A DNA stretch of 64,000 nucleotides from a virus (Duplodnaviria; Heunggongvirae; Uroviricota; Caudoviricetes): IMG/VR virus record IMGVR_UViG_3300006139_000008. The stretch is one strand, 5' to 3'. The notes under the pieces were generated by a model. The model was not told the origin of the DNA and did no database searches. It was given only the letters and a program-made list of their open reading frames with translations. Shown here piece after piece: positions 1 through 10,200 of the stretch (position 1 is the first letter of the stretch; each line of letters opens with the position of its first letter). A program made the translations under genes and the position numbers.

Positions 1-539
1 GTTCATTAGGAACAGATATTGGGGCAAAGCTGAAAATATCAAATCCTGATATGTTAGTAGTTTATATGTCAGTATATGATTCATACTATAAAGAATTAGC
101 ATGTGCAGAACCTTTTGATTTTATATATAAGCCAGATTTACATACAAAAGTCCCAAAAGTATTAGATAAAGCAATAATGCGCATTGCCTATATCAAACAT
201 GAATTTGTTTACCAGTATAAGTTTAATGGCATACTATATAGGGTCAACTTAAATGATGTGGTATATTTTGAATCGAAACACAGGATTATAAATATATACT
301 GCTCTGACGGAACTGTACGTCAGTTTTATGAAAAGCTAGATAATGTCGAGAAAGATATCGATAAAATATATCCTTGTTTCTTACGGGTAAATAAAAGTTA
401 TTTTGCCAATTTTAATTATATAACAAGGGCATCTGGCACAACAGTTATGATTGGTGATATGGAAATGAAACTTGGGAGACAGTATAAGGAATCATTTAGT
501 AAGAAATATGACCATATTGTATTATCGTGGTATGTATGA
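1..539 (+). CDS. LytTR-family response regulator, C-terminal DNA-binding portion (5-prime end lies outside window)
   Basis: Frame is open from nt 3 with no upstream stop. LytTR-type stretch NGILYRVNLNDVVYFESKHRIINIYCSDGTVRQFYEKLDNVEKDI ... FLRVNKSYFANFNYI. Stop at 537-539. Confidence 0.7.
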   Translation, partial: SLGTDIGAKLKISNPDMLVVYMSVYDSYYKELACAEPFDFIYKPDLHTKVPKVLDKAIMRIAYIKHEFVYQYKFNGILYRVNLNDVVYFESKHRIINIYCSDGTVRQFYEKLDNVEKDIDKIYPCFLRVNKSYFANFNYITRASGTTVMIGDMEMKLGRQYKESFSKKYDHIVLSWYV

Positions 540-542
540 AAA

Positions 543-574
543 TTTGTACAAATAGAAGTACAAATTGTACAACC
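543..574. promoter_or_regulatory. pair of palindromic TTGTACAA operator-like sites
   Basis: TTTGTACAAA (543-552, perfect 10-bp palindrome) and AATTGTACAA (565-574), centres about 22 bp apart, directly downstream of the LytTR gene and upstream of the small ORF. Confidence 0.35.
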
Positions 575-643
575 CTCTTTTCTATGGTGCATGTGTAGTG
601 TAAAATAAAAGCATAACAAAATGAATTGGAAGGAGGGTCGTAA

Positions 644-793
644 ATGGAAGGAATAGTACGGATTATCATAATTGATATTTGTTCCACATTAGGTGCAGAG
701 GTATATGACGAGATAATTATACCAGTGGATGAAGCATCTGATTTTGTAAAAAAGTATGCTGATATGTCGAAATATAGAATTGTGACTGTGTAG
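644..793 (+). CDS. small hypothetical protein (49 aa), not in ORF track
   Basis: Strong RBS GGAAGGAGGG 6 nt before ATG at 644. ORF MEGIVRIIIIDICSTLGAEVYDEIIIPVDEASDFVKKYADMSKYRIVTV, followed by a GGGCTGC/GCAGCCC hairpin. Confidence 0.35.
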   Translation: MEGIVRIIIIDICSTLGAEVYDEIIIPVDEASDFVKKYADMSKYRIVTV

Positions 794-801
794 GTTTTGA
801 C

Positions 802-838
802 GGGCTGCTACTTATAATGTTGGCAGCCCTTGTATTTA
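802..838 (+). terminator. rho-independent terminator candidate
   Basis: Perfect 7-bp stem GGGCTGC(802-808)/GCAGCCC(823-829) followed by T-rich tract. Confidence 0.4.
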
Positions 839-982
839 TAATATGTTTATATGTGATAATACTCCTCTCCTGCCATCAATAAAAGAACGGAAATAATAAA
901 GAAACTGCTGTTCAAGCGAGCGGCAATTAAATTTTGATTTGACACTTTAACAGAAAATGATTATAATGTATATCAAACAACT

Positions 983-1261
983 TTGAAAGGAGGAATATCT
1001 ATGAACAATTATAGTGATAAAGAAAGAAAAGAAGATTTTGATTTTTTCTTAAAACAATATGAAGAATTATATAAAAAATACGGAAAATGTTTTGTTTCAA
1101 TTAGAAACAAGAAAATTTTAGGAATTTTCCATACCGAAGAAGAAGCAATAGATATTACTTCTTCTGAATATGAACTTGGTGAATTTATCGTGCAGGAATG
1201 TAATGGGGATGAAAGTGGCTATACTAATTATATTACATCTTGGGAATTAATCAGTATATAA
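983..1261 (+). CDS. hypothetical small protein, tightly coupled upstream partner of retropepsin-like protease
   Basis: 92-aa ORF with RBS AAGGAGG. Its stop lies 10 nt before the next ORF's start (RBS AAGGAGAC inside its 3-prime end). Confidence 0.5.
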   Translation: MKGGISMNNYSDKERKEDFDFFLKQYEELYKKYGKCFVSIRNKKILGIFHTEEEAIDITSSEYELGEFIVQECNGDESGYTNYITSWELISI

Positions 1262-1271
1262 AGGAGACAAC

Positions 1272-1739
1272 ATGGATAAACTACTTTCAGTTTTTACAGA
1301 AAGGTATTCAACAATACAGAATAAGATAATAAATTCAGTTGTCATTATGAACCCAAGGACAAATAATGCAATACCAGCTAAGGCACAATGGGATACAGGG
1401 GCAACGGGAACTTGTATATCTAAGGAACTTGCTGGAAGGTTAAATTTAATTCCCTTAGGCATACAGCAAATACACACACCATCCGGAATAGGCACAGTAA
1501 AACGTTATAAGGCAGATATGGTATTAAATAATGAACTTATAATTCAAAATATAGATGTCATTGATTCTGAGATTGGTTCTCAGGGAATTGACATATTAAT
1601 TGGGATGAATATTATTAGGCTGGGAGATTTTGCCATATCTAATTATAATGGTCAAACACAATTTAGTTTTAGAATTCCATCATATGAACATGTAGATTAC
1701 AGAAATACGGAAAGTGAAGCAGCAGTTACAAGGGAATAA
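1272..1739 (+). CDS. retropepsin-like (clan AA) aspartic protease
   Basis: Aspartyl-protease active-site signature AQWDTGATGTCIS (D-T-G-A). Size (155 aa) and ILIGMNII hydrophobic motif typical of bacterial retropepsin-like proteins. Confidence 0.7.
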   Translation: MDKLLSVFTERYSTIQNKIINSVVIMNPRTNNAIPAKAQWDTGATGTCISKELAGRLNLIPLGIQQIHTPSGIGTVKRYKADMVLNNELIIQNIDVIDSEIGSQGIDILIGMNIIRLGDFAISNYNGQTQFSFRIPSYEHVDYRNTESEAAVTRE

Positions 1740-1751
1740 TGAATAGTAGAA

Positions 1752-1789
1752 AAAGGCACTTCGGTCATGTAGTGCCTTTCTATTATTAC
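1752..1789 (+). terminator. rho-independent terminator
   Basis: AAAGGCACT(1752-1760)/AGTGCCTTT(1771-1779) 9-bp stem then CTATTATT. Confidence 0.55.
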
Positions 1790-1858
1790 TGCTTTCCTAT
1801 TATTCAATTTTAAAATGAAGTAATACTCTCAAAATGCGTATTTACAATTAACAATTAA

Positions 1859-2212
1859 TTAGTTCATATTAATAAAAACTATAAGGATTCCTAAAATCGT
1901 CAATACAAAATAAAACATAATAATATTTTTTATTGTTCTTGAATTGTCATATATTTTACCAAGCAACACTTCAGTTGGAGTCGCCACTTCTGGATATTTA
2001 GCTTTTAAGTCACTTATCAATTTTCTTTTGCCTTCTGTACTATTCTTATCAAATTCTTTTTTTGACATGAATAGTATCATATCGGATTTACACCTGTCGC
2101 ATATCCTATCAGTATATGTATTTGTATCCACTCTAATACGCATATTATGACAATATGGGCAAAAGTAAATTTGTTTCTCAGATTGTATGTTGTTTTGATT
2201 ATTTGGTTTCAT
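1859..2212 (-). CDS. small zinc-ribbon protein with C-terminal transmembrane anchor
   Basis: CPYCHN...CDRCKS Cys pairs; C-terminal hydrophobic helix IIMFYFVLTILGILIVFI. RBS GAGGAGAAATACAT before the ATG. Confidence 0.5.
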   Translation of the reverse strand: MKPNNQNNIQSEKQIYFCPYCHNMRIRVDTNTYTDRICDRCKSDMILFMSKKEFDKNSTEGKRKLISDLKAKYPEVATPTEVLLGKIYDNSRTIKNIIMFYFVLTILGILIVFINMN

Positions 2213-2381
2213 ATGTATTTCTCCTCATATTCTATTTTCTTACTTAATATATTGTAACAAAAGCCAGTTAATAACACAATGCTATTTATAGGTTAATTAG
2301 TATCTGCTAGTTATAGATATAGTTAGCAAATAAGTGAAATTTTAATAACTTGTAATCTGGTTAAAATATTAAATTGCTATA

Positions 2382-2410
2382 TTGACAAATTTCAAACTCA
2401 GATATATAAT
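2382..2410 (+). promoter_or_regulatory. sigma-70 consensus promoter for the BRO-N gene
   Basis: TTGACA (2382-2387), 17-bp spacer, TATAAT (2405-2410). GGAGG RBS 9 nt before the TTG start at 2460. Confidence 0.6.
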
Positions 2411-2459
2411 ACCAATACAATATCTGCCATATGTTTAAGATATTGGAGGATGATCTATA

Positions 2460-3233
2460 TTGAGAAGTAATAAAAACAAAAGTACAGTTATTAACAATGA
2501 AATTCAGGAATTTGAAAATGAAGAATTAGGTTTTAAAGTAAGATGTGTTAAAAATGAATATGGAAGTATTTCCATGAATGCTGAGGATACTGCTATTGGA
2601 TTTGGATGGAGCCGAACAGAACACCGTAATGGCAAAGAGTACAAATCTGTTTTGTGGTCGAGAATTAATGGTTATTGTATAGAATTGGGTTTCGCACATA
2701 AGTGTGCGAAAGATGATTTTATACCGGAATCCCTATTTTACCTCTTGGGAATGAAAGCATCGAATGACACAGCCAGGAAATTCCAGATGTGGCTTGCAAC
2801 AGATGTCATCCCATCCATACGGAAACACGGGGCATTTATAGCAGACAGCGAAAATGTAGATGAAGATTTTATAAAAAATGAATTAAGGTTCAGCCAAAAG
2901 CGTACCATTAAAACTTTTGCTAACGCAAAGCCAGAGGAATTCAAGGGATTATATGAAGAGTTCCGTACATATATTGATACAGAATATAAGTACCAAACAG
3001 CAAAAAGAGTTGCCAGATATAAGTCTGTTGAAAAGGGGTTAAAACAGTGGCTGGAAAACAATGCTTCTGACCCAGAATCAATTGGTGATTGTTATAACGT
3101 TAAAAAGCTTGAAAAACAGGTTATTTTAGATAGGACTACATTAGAAAAACGAATAAGCGGTGGCGAAAAAGCTGCTAAAACAAAAAGAATATGTGAACTC
3201 GAAGATACTATTGCAGAGTTATCAATAATTTAA
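2460..3233 (+). CDS. phage antirepressor-like protein with BRO-N domain
   Basis: BRO-N-like core IPESLFYLLGMKASNDTARKFQMWLATDVIPSIRKHGAF. TTG start with good RBS. Coiled-coil C-terminus. Confidence 0.6.
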   Translation: MRSNKNKSTVINNEIQEFENEELGFKVRCVKNEYGSISMNAEDTAIGFGWSRTEHRNGKEYKSVLWSRINGYCIELGFAHKCAKDDFIPESLFYLLGMKASNDTARKFQMWLATDVIPSIRKHGAFIADSENVDEDFIKNELRFSQKRTIKTFANAKPEEFKGLYEEFRTYIDTEYKYQTAKRVARYKSVEKGLKQWLENNASDPESIGDCYNVKKLEKQVILDRTTLEKRISGGEKAAKTKRICELEDTIAELSII

Positions 3234-3292
3234 GTAAGTTTGAATAATAAATAAATATAATGGAAGAAAATTAATTTATGGCAGATATTGAA

Positions 3293-3322
3293 AGAGCAGG
3301 TGATATTAACCTGCTCTTTTGT
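3293..3322 (+). terminator. rho-independent terminator after BRO-N gene
   Basis: AGAGCAGGT/ACCTGCTCT stem with 8-nt loop followed by TTTTGTGTT. Confidence 0.6.
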
Positions 3323-3615
3323 GTTAATATAATATATAAATATTTATTAAGTAAATTCTCCCATTCTATTTGAGACAATATGATATATAATCGCAAATTT
3401 ACTTCCATACTTACCACACTTATAAGTTTTACCAGCTCCAAAAAAAGTAATCCTTACTGCACAACTGCCAACGGTGATTTTTTACATAAATTGAACTACA
3501 AATGGGACAATTAAGTTCTCACTTCTTTTCTTCTAAATTTGTCTATCAAAACCAAATCTAAAGAATATATGTTCTGATAGAACTTTGTCGTAATTTGTGA
3601 TATGATATAAAATAG

Positions 3616-3632
3616 TTGGTAAATATTACCAA
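3616..3632. promoter_or_regulatory. palindromic operator TTGGTAAATATTACCAA upstream of P63C gene
   Basis: Perfect 7-bp inverted arms TTGGTAA/TTACCAA. Same TTGGTA/TACCAA core is iterated about 9 times next to the integrase (25924-26273). Confidence 0.45.
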
Positions 3633-3652
3633 AATACTGATGATTATGTGGA

Positions 3653-4555
3653 GTGAATATGGCAGATAATTTGAAAATCCGTGAAGATATTAAAGCAATA
3701 AGTTATGGACAATGGGAAATAAGTAATGATATACTTATTGATTGTTATGTTACAGATGATGGGCAACGCTTATTATCTTTAAGAGGTACAGCAAGAGCTA
3801 TGGGACTATCTGGTGGTGGTTCTGCTGCTTTATTGAGAAATTTAAATGCAAACTATTTACAGCCATATTTATCAGATGATTTAAGGATTTGGATAAATAA
3901 AGCAAACAATAATGAATTATATAAAATTAAAGGATATAGAGTTTCTTTTATTCCTTTTGATGCAATATTATTTGTAGATGTCTGTAAAGCTTATATCTCT
4001 GCAAAAAATGATGGTGTTTTCGATGCAGAAATATGGCATAAGCAATCAGAACTAGCAGATAAACTATTATCCATAATGTCTGCATTTGCAAAAACTGGGA
4101 TAATAGCACTTATTGATGAAATAACAGGTTATCAAGAGCTTCGTAAAAAAGATGAATTACAAAAATTATTAGAAGAGTTTGTAAGAAAAGAATATTTACC
4201 ATGGACAAAAAGATTCCCGAATGAATTTTATGAAGAAATGTATAGACTAAAAGGCTGGGATTATAATGGAAACGCAAGAACACCTTTAGTAGGAAAACTA
4301 ACAAATTACTTAGTATATGATTTGATGCCAGAAGGTGTCTTAGAAGAACTACAAAAACGAAATCCTGTAGATGAAAAAATTCATAGAAGAAAGTATCGTC
4401 ACCATCAGTTTTTAGAGGAAACCGGTATTGATTATTTAGACAAACATTTAATATCTTTAATAAATATGATGAGAGCATTCGATACATGGGATGAATTTGA
4501 CAAAGCATTCAGAAAATCATTTGGATTAGATGTAATTGACGTGGTCACTGAATAA
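3653..4555 (+). CDS. phage P63C-domain protein
   Basis: P63C-like region KEYLPWTKRFPNEFYEEMYRLKGWDYNG...VYDLMPEGVLEEL. 300 aa. Confidence 0.55.
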   Translation: MNMADNLKIREDIKAISYGQWEISNDILIDCYVTDDGQRLLSLRGTARAMGLSGGGSAALLRNLNANYLQPYLSDDLRIWINKANNNELYKIKGYRVSFIPFDAILFVDVCKAYISAKNDGVFDAEIWHKQSELADKLLSIMSAFAKTGIIALIDEITGYQELRKKDELQKLLEEFVRKEYLPWTKRFPNEFYEEMYRLKGWDYNGNARTPLVGKLTNYLVYDLMPEGVLEELQKRNPVDEKIHRRKYRHHQFLEETGIDYLDKHLISLINMMRAFDTWDEFDKAFRKSFGLDVIDVVTE

Positions 4556-4646
4556 TGCTTTTTCGTAAAGTAAAGTCATTAAATATGTTGAAAAATAAAG
4601 GTTTTGACGTGGTCCCTAGTTTATTAAGTCTATATATTTCTACATG

Positions 4647-4690
4647 AAAAGAGAGTATTTATTAATTATAAAATTAAATACTCTCTTTTT
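4647..4690. terminator. bidirectional terminator between convergent genes
   Basis: AAAAGAGAGTATTTA/TAAATACTCTCTTTT 15-bp perfect inverted repeat flanked by A-run and T-run. Confidence 0.6.
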
Positions 4691-4743
4691 GTATATGTAA
4701 AATCATATGTATAAAATTATTGAAAGGACGTGATAGATATAAA

Positions 4744-5427
4744 TTAAAACCTATTCTTACAATTAACACATACCCTGTCCACTTTGTTTGTCATAAAACC
4801 AGTAAGGGGCGACCATTTCCTATTAACCATTTGGAAATTTGTTGAACCGCATTTAGGACATCTAACTTGACTACTTGATTTTTGAGCAGCTAAACGTGCT
4901 TGCGTTTTTGCTCTTTCTAAATCCTTTTCTCTAATAACTTGTTCCTGATATTTTCTAAAATTTGTTTTGGATAGTTTATAATCACGAACACGTTGAAAAA
5001 AATAATATCCATATATACATAATGGAGTTATAACAAATATTACCATTTCAAATAACCAAGCACTTAAATTTTTTTCTCGTGGTGCAAGCAAAAAAAGAAA
5101 AGTAAAAAAAAATGTGATAATTATTATATATGTGATAAACCTACGACTAAGTTTAGGTTTGTTTGGCATTGGTACTTTACTAACCCTCTCTTCATAATCA
5201 TTTTTTAATTGGATTTGTCTATTTCGTTTCTCAATTTCCAATTGCTTTTTTCTTAATTCAGCTTGTCTTTTTTGTTTCAAATTATCAAAATATACTTTAA
5301 CACCATATCCACAATTAGGACATGCATTAGCAGTGTCAGACACTTCTTTTCCACACTCAGGGCATTTTACTAAAGCCATATTAGATTCCTCCTTAAATTG
5401 TAATGTATTATTGTTTACGGTTTCCAC
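4744..5427 (-). CDS. membrane protein with N- and C-terminal zinc ribbons
   Basis: N-terminal CPECG...CPNCG. Two predicted TM helices (ITYIIIITFFFTFLFLL, VIFVITPLCIYGYYFF). C-terminal RCPKCGSTN...CVNCKN ribbon homologous to the C-terminus of ORF 6643-7200. Confidence 0.5.
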   Translation of the reverse strand: METVNNNTLQFKEESNMALVKCPECGKEVSDTANACPNCGYGVKVYFDNLKQKRQAELRKKQLEIEKRNRQIQLKNDYEERVSKVPMPNKPKLSRRFITYIIIITFFFTFLFLLAPREKNLSAWLFEMVIFVITPLCIYGYYFFQRVRDYKLSKTNFRKYQEQVIREKDLERAKTQARLAAQKSSSQVRCPKCGSTNFQMVNRKWSPLTGFMTNKVDRVCVNCKNRF

Positions 5428-5482
5428 TTATATCCACAGTTCTCACAGTACATTATTTTGTTTGTATATTAATTTAAGAAGA

Positions 5483-5746
5483 TTATTTTTCGTAATATGA
5501 ACCACACGAAACTCCTACGCACAGACCAATTTTGTAATTACACATACCATCAGAATAATAAATACACCTTTTTCTATTGCGCTTTTTATACTTTTTATGA
5601 AAATCAATTACAGACTCAGGATGATATTCTAAGTGCCAACCACCAGAATTACTTAATAATGCACTTACTCTATCAATGTCTTTGTGTTTTGCCATGTTAA
5701 TTCTCCCTAATTTTTTTGGATAAAAAATTACTTCTAAAACCATCAT
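5483..5746 (-). CDS. hypothetical small protein (start possibly at internal Met MAKHKDI)
   Basis: ORF only; cysteine-containing C-terminal half. Confidence 0.3.
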   Translation of the reverse strand: MMVLEVIFYPKKLGRINMAKHKDIDRVSALLSNSGGWHLEYHPESVIDFHKKYKKRNRKRCIYYSDGMCNYKIGLCVGVSCGSYYEK

Positions 5747-5775
5747 ATATTATACTCAATTTTTTATATAATTAA

Positions 5776-6633
5776 CTACTTACGTTTACCAATTATTATT
5801 TTATCAACTGCAACTTCAGGAATATCACCAATTTTATAGTTTTTTACAAATTCTAAATCCTCTTTCCATGCTAATACTGCCGCAGCATAATTAGGTTGAT
5901 TTTCATGTTGTAGCATAGGTCTTGTAATACAAGATTCTATCTCATACTTTGTAATGTTAGTGTTTTCAATGATATTTGCTAATATCATTTGACGTTGTTC
6001 TTTTGTATAATTACTCCCACGTTTCACATTATAACCAAGTTGATGTATTCTGGATTCTGAAGAAGAGATATTTCCATTGTTGTTTTTGGATTTGTCATGT
6101 TTTGTAAAATCTATAATTGGACATAAGATTTTACCCATAGCTTTTGCAATTTTATAATCTCTTTTAAAGATAAAATAAGTATCACACTCTTTACAATAAC
6201 CTGCTGGTATAGTATGATTTAGGATTTCACCATTCTGTGTAACAAGCCGTATAATTGCATTTAGGTCAACCACATTATGCTGTTCATTTGTACACTTTCG
6301 ATTATCCGTCAATACTATTGTGGTAACTCCAACTTTATCTATATTAGATATATTTTTAACATTATTCTTTTTGCTTTGTATCGTTTTTAAATTTGTAACA
6401 TAAGATGTACAATTATCTGCGTCTTTACAAAACAAATTACTAAGATCGCATGTAAGTTTGCCAATGTTAAAATGAATGCAAGTTTTACCTAATCTTTTTG
6501 GTTTTTTCTTTTCATATGTATATATATTAGTAACAACACTTTTTGAGTTTGTATGTTTTCCCTTTTTAATACCTTTGTAAATTTTTTGTGAATGCTTTGA
6601 TTCATTATTTTTTGTTCTATTTTTATTCGCCAT
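5776..6633 (-). CDS. hypothetical Lys/Asn-rich protein with Cys clusters
   Basis: 285-aa ORF in leftward cluster; several CxxC-like pairs (CIHFNIGKLTC, CKEC, CP). Confidence 0.45.
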   Translation of the reverse strand: MANKNRTKNNESKHSQKIYKGIKKGKHTNSKSVVTNIYTYEKKKPKRLGKTCIHFNIGKLTCDLSNLFCKDADNCTSYVTNLKTIQSKKNNVKNISNIDKVGVTTIVLTDNRKCTNEQHNVVDLNAIIRLVTQNGEILNHTIPAGYCKECDTYFIFKRDYKIAKAMGKILCPIIDFTKHDKSKNNNGNISSSESRIHQLGYNVKRGSNYTKEQRQMILANIIENTNITKYEIESCITRPMLQHENQPNYAAAVLAWKEDLEFVKNYKIGDIPEVAVDKIIIGKRK

Positions 6634-6642
6634 GTCAATTAC

Positions 6643-7200
6643 CTACCACTCAAATTTGCAATTATTACACTTAAATTGATGCTTTCTTTTTTGACCAAAA
6701 ATACCAAATATTGCTGTATTAACTGCTTTTGAAGTTGTAGAAATACGAGATATATTGGTACTTCCACAGGTCGGACAATGAGGGAGGTTACTCACCCTCT
6801 CCTGCTCTCTTATTGCATCGGACTGTTCCTGTTGCAATTTAAATTGGTTCAATTTTAGTTGATATTCGATTGGATCTTTCTTGTGAAGTTCCATCATTAA
6901 ATCTAGGACTCTTCTATTCCAGTCAGTAGCTTCTCCTATAACCCTAAAATCGTTATGCGGAAACTTAGTATCTACTAATTTACTGTTGCAAAATGGGCAA
7001 ATAAGACGGTCAAGTTTTTCGTTATAATCTGCTGGGAATTTTTCAGTTTCATAGATACCAATAAAACCTTTACGAAATTCTGCTTTTTTACCACTACTCC
7101 ACCTTGGATTTAGTTTATCAAGTTCATGTGTTGGATTACAATTATTACATTTTAATACAGTTTTATTTATTTTCATTACTACCATATACTTTACCACCAT
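6643..7200 (-). CDS. zinc-ribbon protein (start may be at internal MKINK near 7176)
   Basis: CNNCNPTH...CPFCNSKL and C-terminal CPTCGSTN...CNNCKFEW ribbons, the latter similar to the C-terminus of ORF 4744-5427. Confidence 0.5.
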   Translation of the reverse strand: MVVKYMVVMKINKTVLKCNNCNPTHELDKLNPRWSSGKKAEFRKGFIGIYETEKFPADYNEKLDRLICPFCNSKLVDTKFPHNDFRVIGEATDWNRRVLDLMMELHKKDPIEYQLKLNQFKLQQEQSDAIREQERVSNLPHCPTCGSTNISRISTTSKAVNTAIFGIFGQKRKHQFKCNNCKFEW

Positions 7201-10200
7201 TTAAGATTTTACTTATTCCATTTTATCATCTGTCAGAAGCAGATGCAAGAAAAAGTTGGTATTATTCGGCAATACAATACGATACTAAAACTGATTCTAC
7301 TATAACTTGGATTGGTCAAATCAAAAATGCATTAAAGGGTATATCACCAGAAGCGGATAAAACTTTTAAAATATTATCCAAACTTGATGAAATTGATTTC
7401 AAAAAATTCCAAGATAATAATTTCAAGGATTTTATAAAGGAAAACGAATTAGCTGATAAATCACTTATAAGATTTTTAGAAGATACCAATATTGACAGTA
7501 AAACTCTCGGTCGTTATCAGCAATACCTCAAAGATACAGGCAAAGCCACTTCCACCTTTGCATCAATCACCAAAAAAGCAGGAAGCGTTATCAAAGGATT
7601 TGGTGCAGCGTTAGGATCTATGGGTGTTATGTGGGCAATCAGTGAGGCGATTGGATTTGTTGTTACAAATATTCATGACATGGCAACTGCATCAGAACAG
7701 GCGAAAGAAAACGCTGACAGCTTTGCGGCATCTGCGAATCAGTTAAATGAGAATATTGCTAGTAACTCATCAACGTTGTCCGATTTAAATTCCAAATACC
7801 AGTTATTATCCAAAGGTGTAAATGACCTTGGTGAAAATATATCACTTTCATCAAGTGAATATGATGAATATAAAAATATTATCAGCCAAGTATCTGAAAT
7901 TATGCCTGAGTTGACAACTTACTTTAATGCTCAAGGTGAAAAAATTGGATTTGTCAAAGGGAAATTATCAGATTTAAACGATGAGTACGAAAAAACTATA
8001 CAAAGAACTTCAAAAGATTTGTTCTATAAGGGGAATGAAGAAGGAAAAACTGTACAAGATACCATAGACAATATCGAAAATAATAAAAAATACGGTAAAT
8101 TTGAATCATTCTGGAAAACAATTAAAGCAAGTTTTGGTCATTTGTTCTTCGGAAAATCAGATGAAAATGCTATCCCATCAGAAAAAGCATTAAACGGATT
8201 AAAAGATTTACAGAATAAAAGCAGACAACAAATCCATAAATACTTGACATGGGATTATAACGATTTTGAACAGGGTGCTATACAACAGACATTAATAGAT
8301 ATGTTAGATATATCTGATATAGATGACATATTGGAAATGAATAACGAAGATTTCCAAGAGCTACAGGACAAGATATCAGCAAAAATAGAACAATTTTCCG
8401 CAGATATAGAGTCTGATGTAACAGAAGGGCGAACATCCCTAATTCAAGCCCTGCATATGAAAGATGATTTCTGGGATGATTCAAAATTGAATGACAAGCA
8501 GAGAGATTCCATAATGACTTTGGTGTCATCATTTAATAGTGAATTATGGGATGCATTAAATTTGAAAAATCCAGATGATATTGCCATATTTGCCCAAAAG
8601 TTAATTGACAATGTTTCCAACAATCATGATTTCTCCAAGGCCTGGAAGCAGTTATTTGGCAAAGGTCTGGATAAACTGCCTGTCAATGAGTATGTTGCCA
8701 AAGTCCGTTCCCTTATTTCTACCATAGGTGATGCCATCGGGCTACCAACACAGGAACAGAAGGATAAACTCCTCACCGGGTTAGGATTCGACAACCTTGA
8801 TGAGCTTGTAAATGATTACAACGGCGCAATCCAGTCAGCAGTAGACAAATGGAAACTGGATGACAGCCAGAAGGAAGACCTTGAAAAATTCTTCGAGGAA
8901 AATTCCATCAATACAGAAGAAGAAATAGATGCGTGGAAGGGTGTTGCCGCTGAAGCAGAAAATGCAGCAGAAGCAAAACGGAAGTACCTTACTATGAACG
9001 CTATAGATAAAACCGCACAGCAGTTGGAGGCACTGAAAGAAACCTATGAATCAGTATCAGATAATGTCTCCACCCTCACTACTGCCCTATCGGAATCCGT
9101 CTCCGGCACAGGGTTATCCGCTGAATCTGTCACTGGCGTCACTTCCATATTCAGTGACTTAAAAGGGTACGACGAAGACAAGCTCCTTGACAAAACAGCG
9201 AACGGCTTGCGCCTTAACACGAGGGAACTGGAGAAACTCAAGAAAGAGTATGATGACAACACGGCAAAGGAATTCTATAACAATGTAGAAGATGCCTATA
9301 ATGCATGGCAGGATGCTTTGAGGAGCGGTGAGGAGCAGTCCGTTGTTGACAGCCTATACGACCAGTACCAGCAGGCGGCACAGCTTGCAGACCAGTATGT
9401 AGGGCTTACCTCTGCCTATAACAAGTGGCAGGAAGCATTGTCCACTGCAAATGAAGGAGACATGTATGATTCCATTTACAATAACATTAAGTCGGTAAAG
9501 GAACTATATAAAAAGGGATTGGTCGGCACAGATGACTTCCGCACATATGTTGACCTTATTTCGCCAAAAGACTTAGCAGGTGCAACAACTGAAGAAGTTG
9601 TCAGGGCATACCAGCAAAGCATTGGCAAGATAGAAAGGTACTTCACTGATGGGCACAAGGGTGCAGAGAATTTCTTAAAGGACGTGCAGAAAATCAATTC
9701 GGAATGGGCGCATATGAATAAAGACGGCTCATGGGAGATTGATTTCGGTGCAGGCGGTTCCAGTGACAAAGACGTTGCCAAGAAGCTGGGGATTGACGTG
9801 GAAGCTTTACAGGCTATTTTACGGAAACTGGTCGATTACGGGTTTGACATTGATTTTGGGGACAGTTTTGGTTCCCTTGAAATGATGGGGGTTGCTGCTG
9901 AGAAAGCTTACAGTAAATTAAAAGAGCTTGGTAAAATCGGCAAAAAGATGAAATTTAAGTTCGACACAGGGGATATCGCAGAAGTCAATAAGCAGATTGC
10001 CAAAGCAGAAAAAGTACTTGATAAGTTCCGTGACAAAGATGGGAATGTTGATTTGAATATAGACGGTGCTTCTGAAGCACAGTCCATACTTATCAAACTC
10101 CTGACAGAGAAACAGGAATTGGAGAAACCTGCCATTTTAAAGGTAAACACTTCTGAATTATCGGGCAAATCCGCAGGCGTCATCTCCATGCTGCAGAAAA

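Noticed and set aside
3278-3373. 31-aa ORF beginning ATGGCAGATATTG, resembling the start of the P63C gene (ATGGCAGATAATTTG)
   Set aside because: It overlaps the BRO-N terminator hairpin and is likely a chance or remnant duplication of the downstream start, not a gene.
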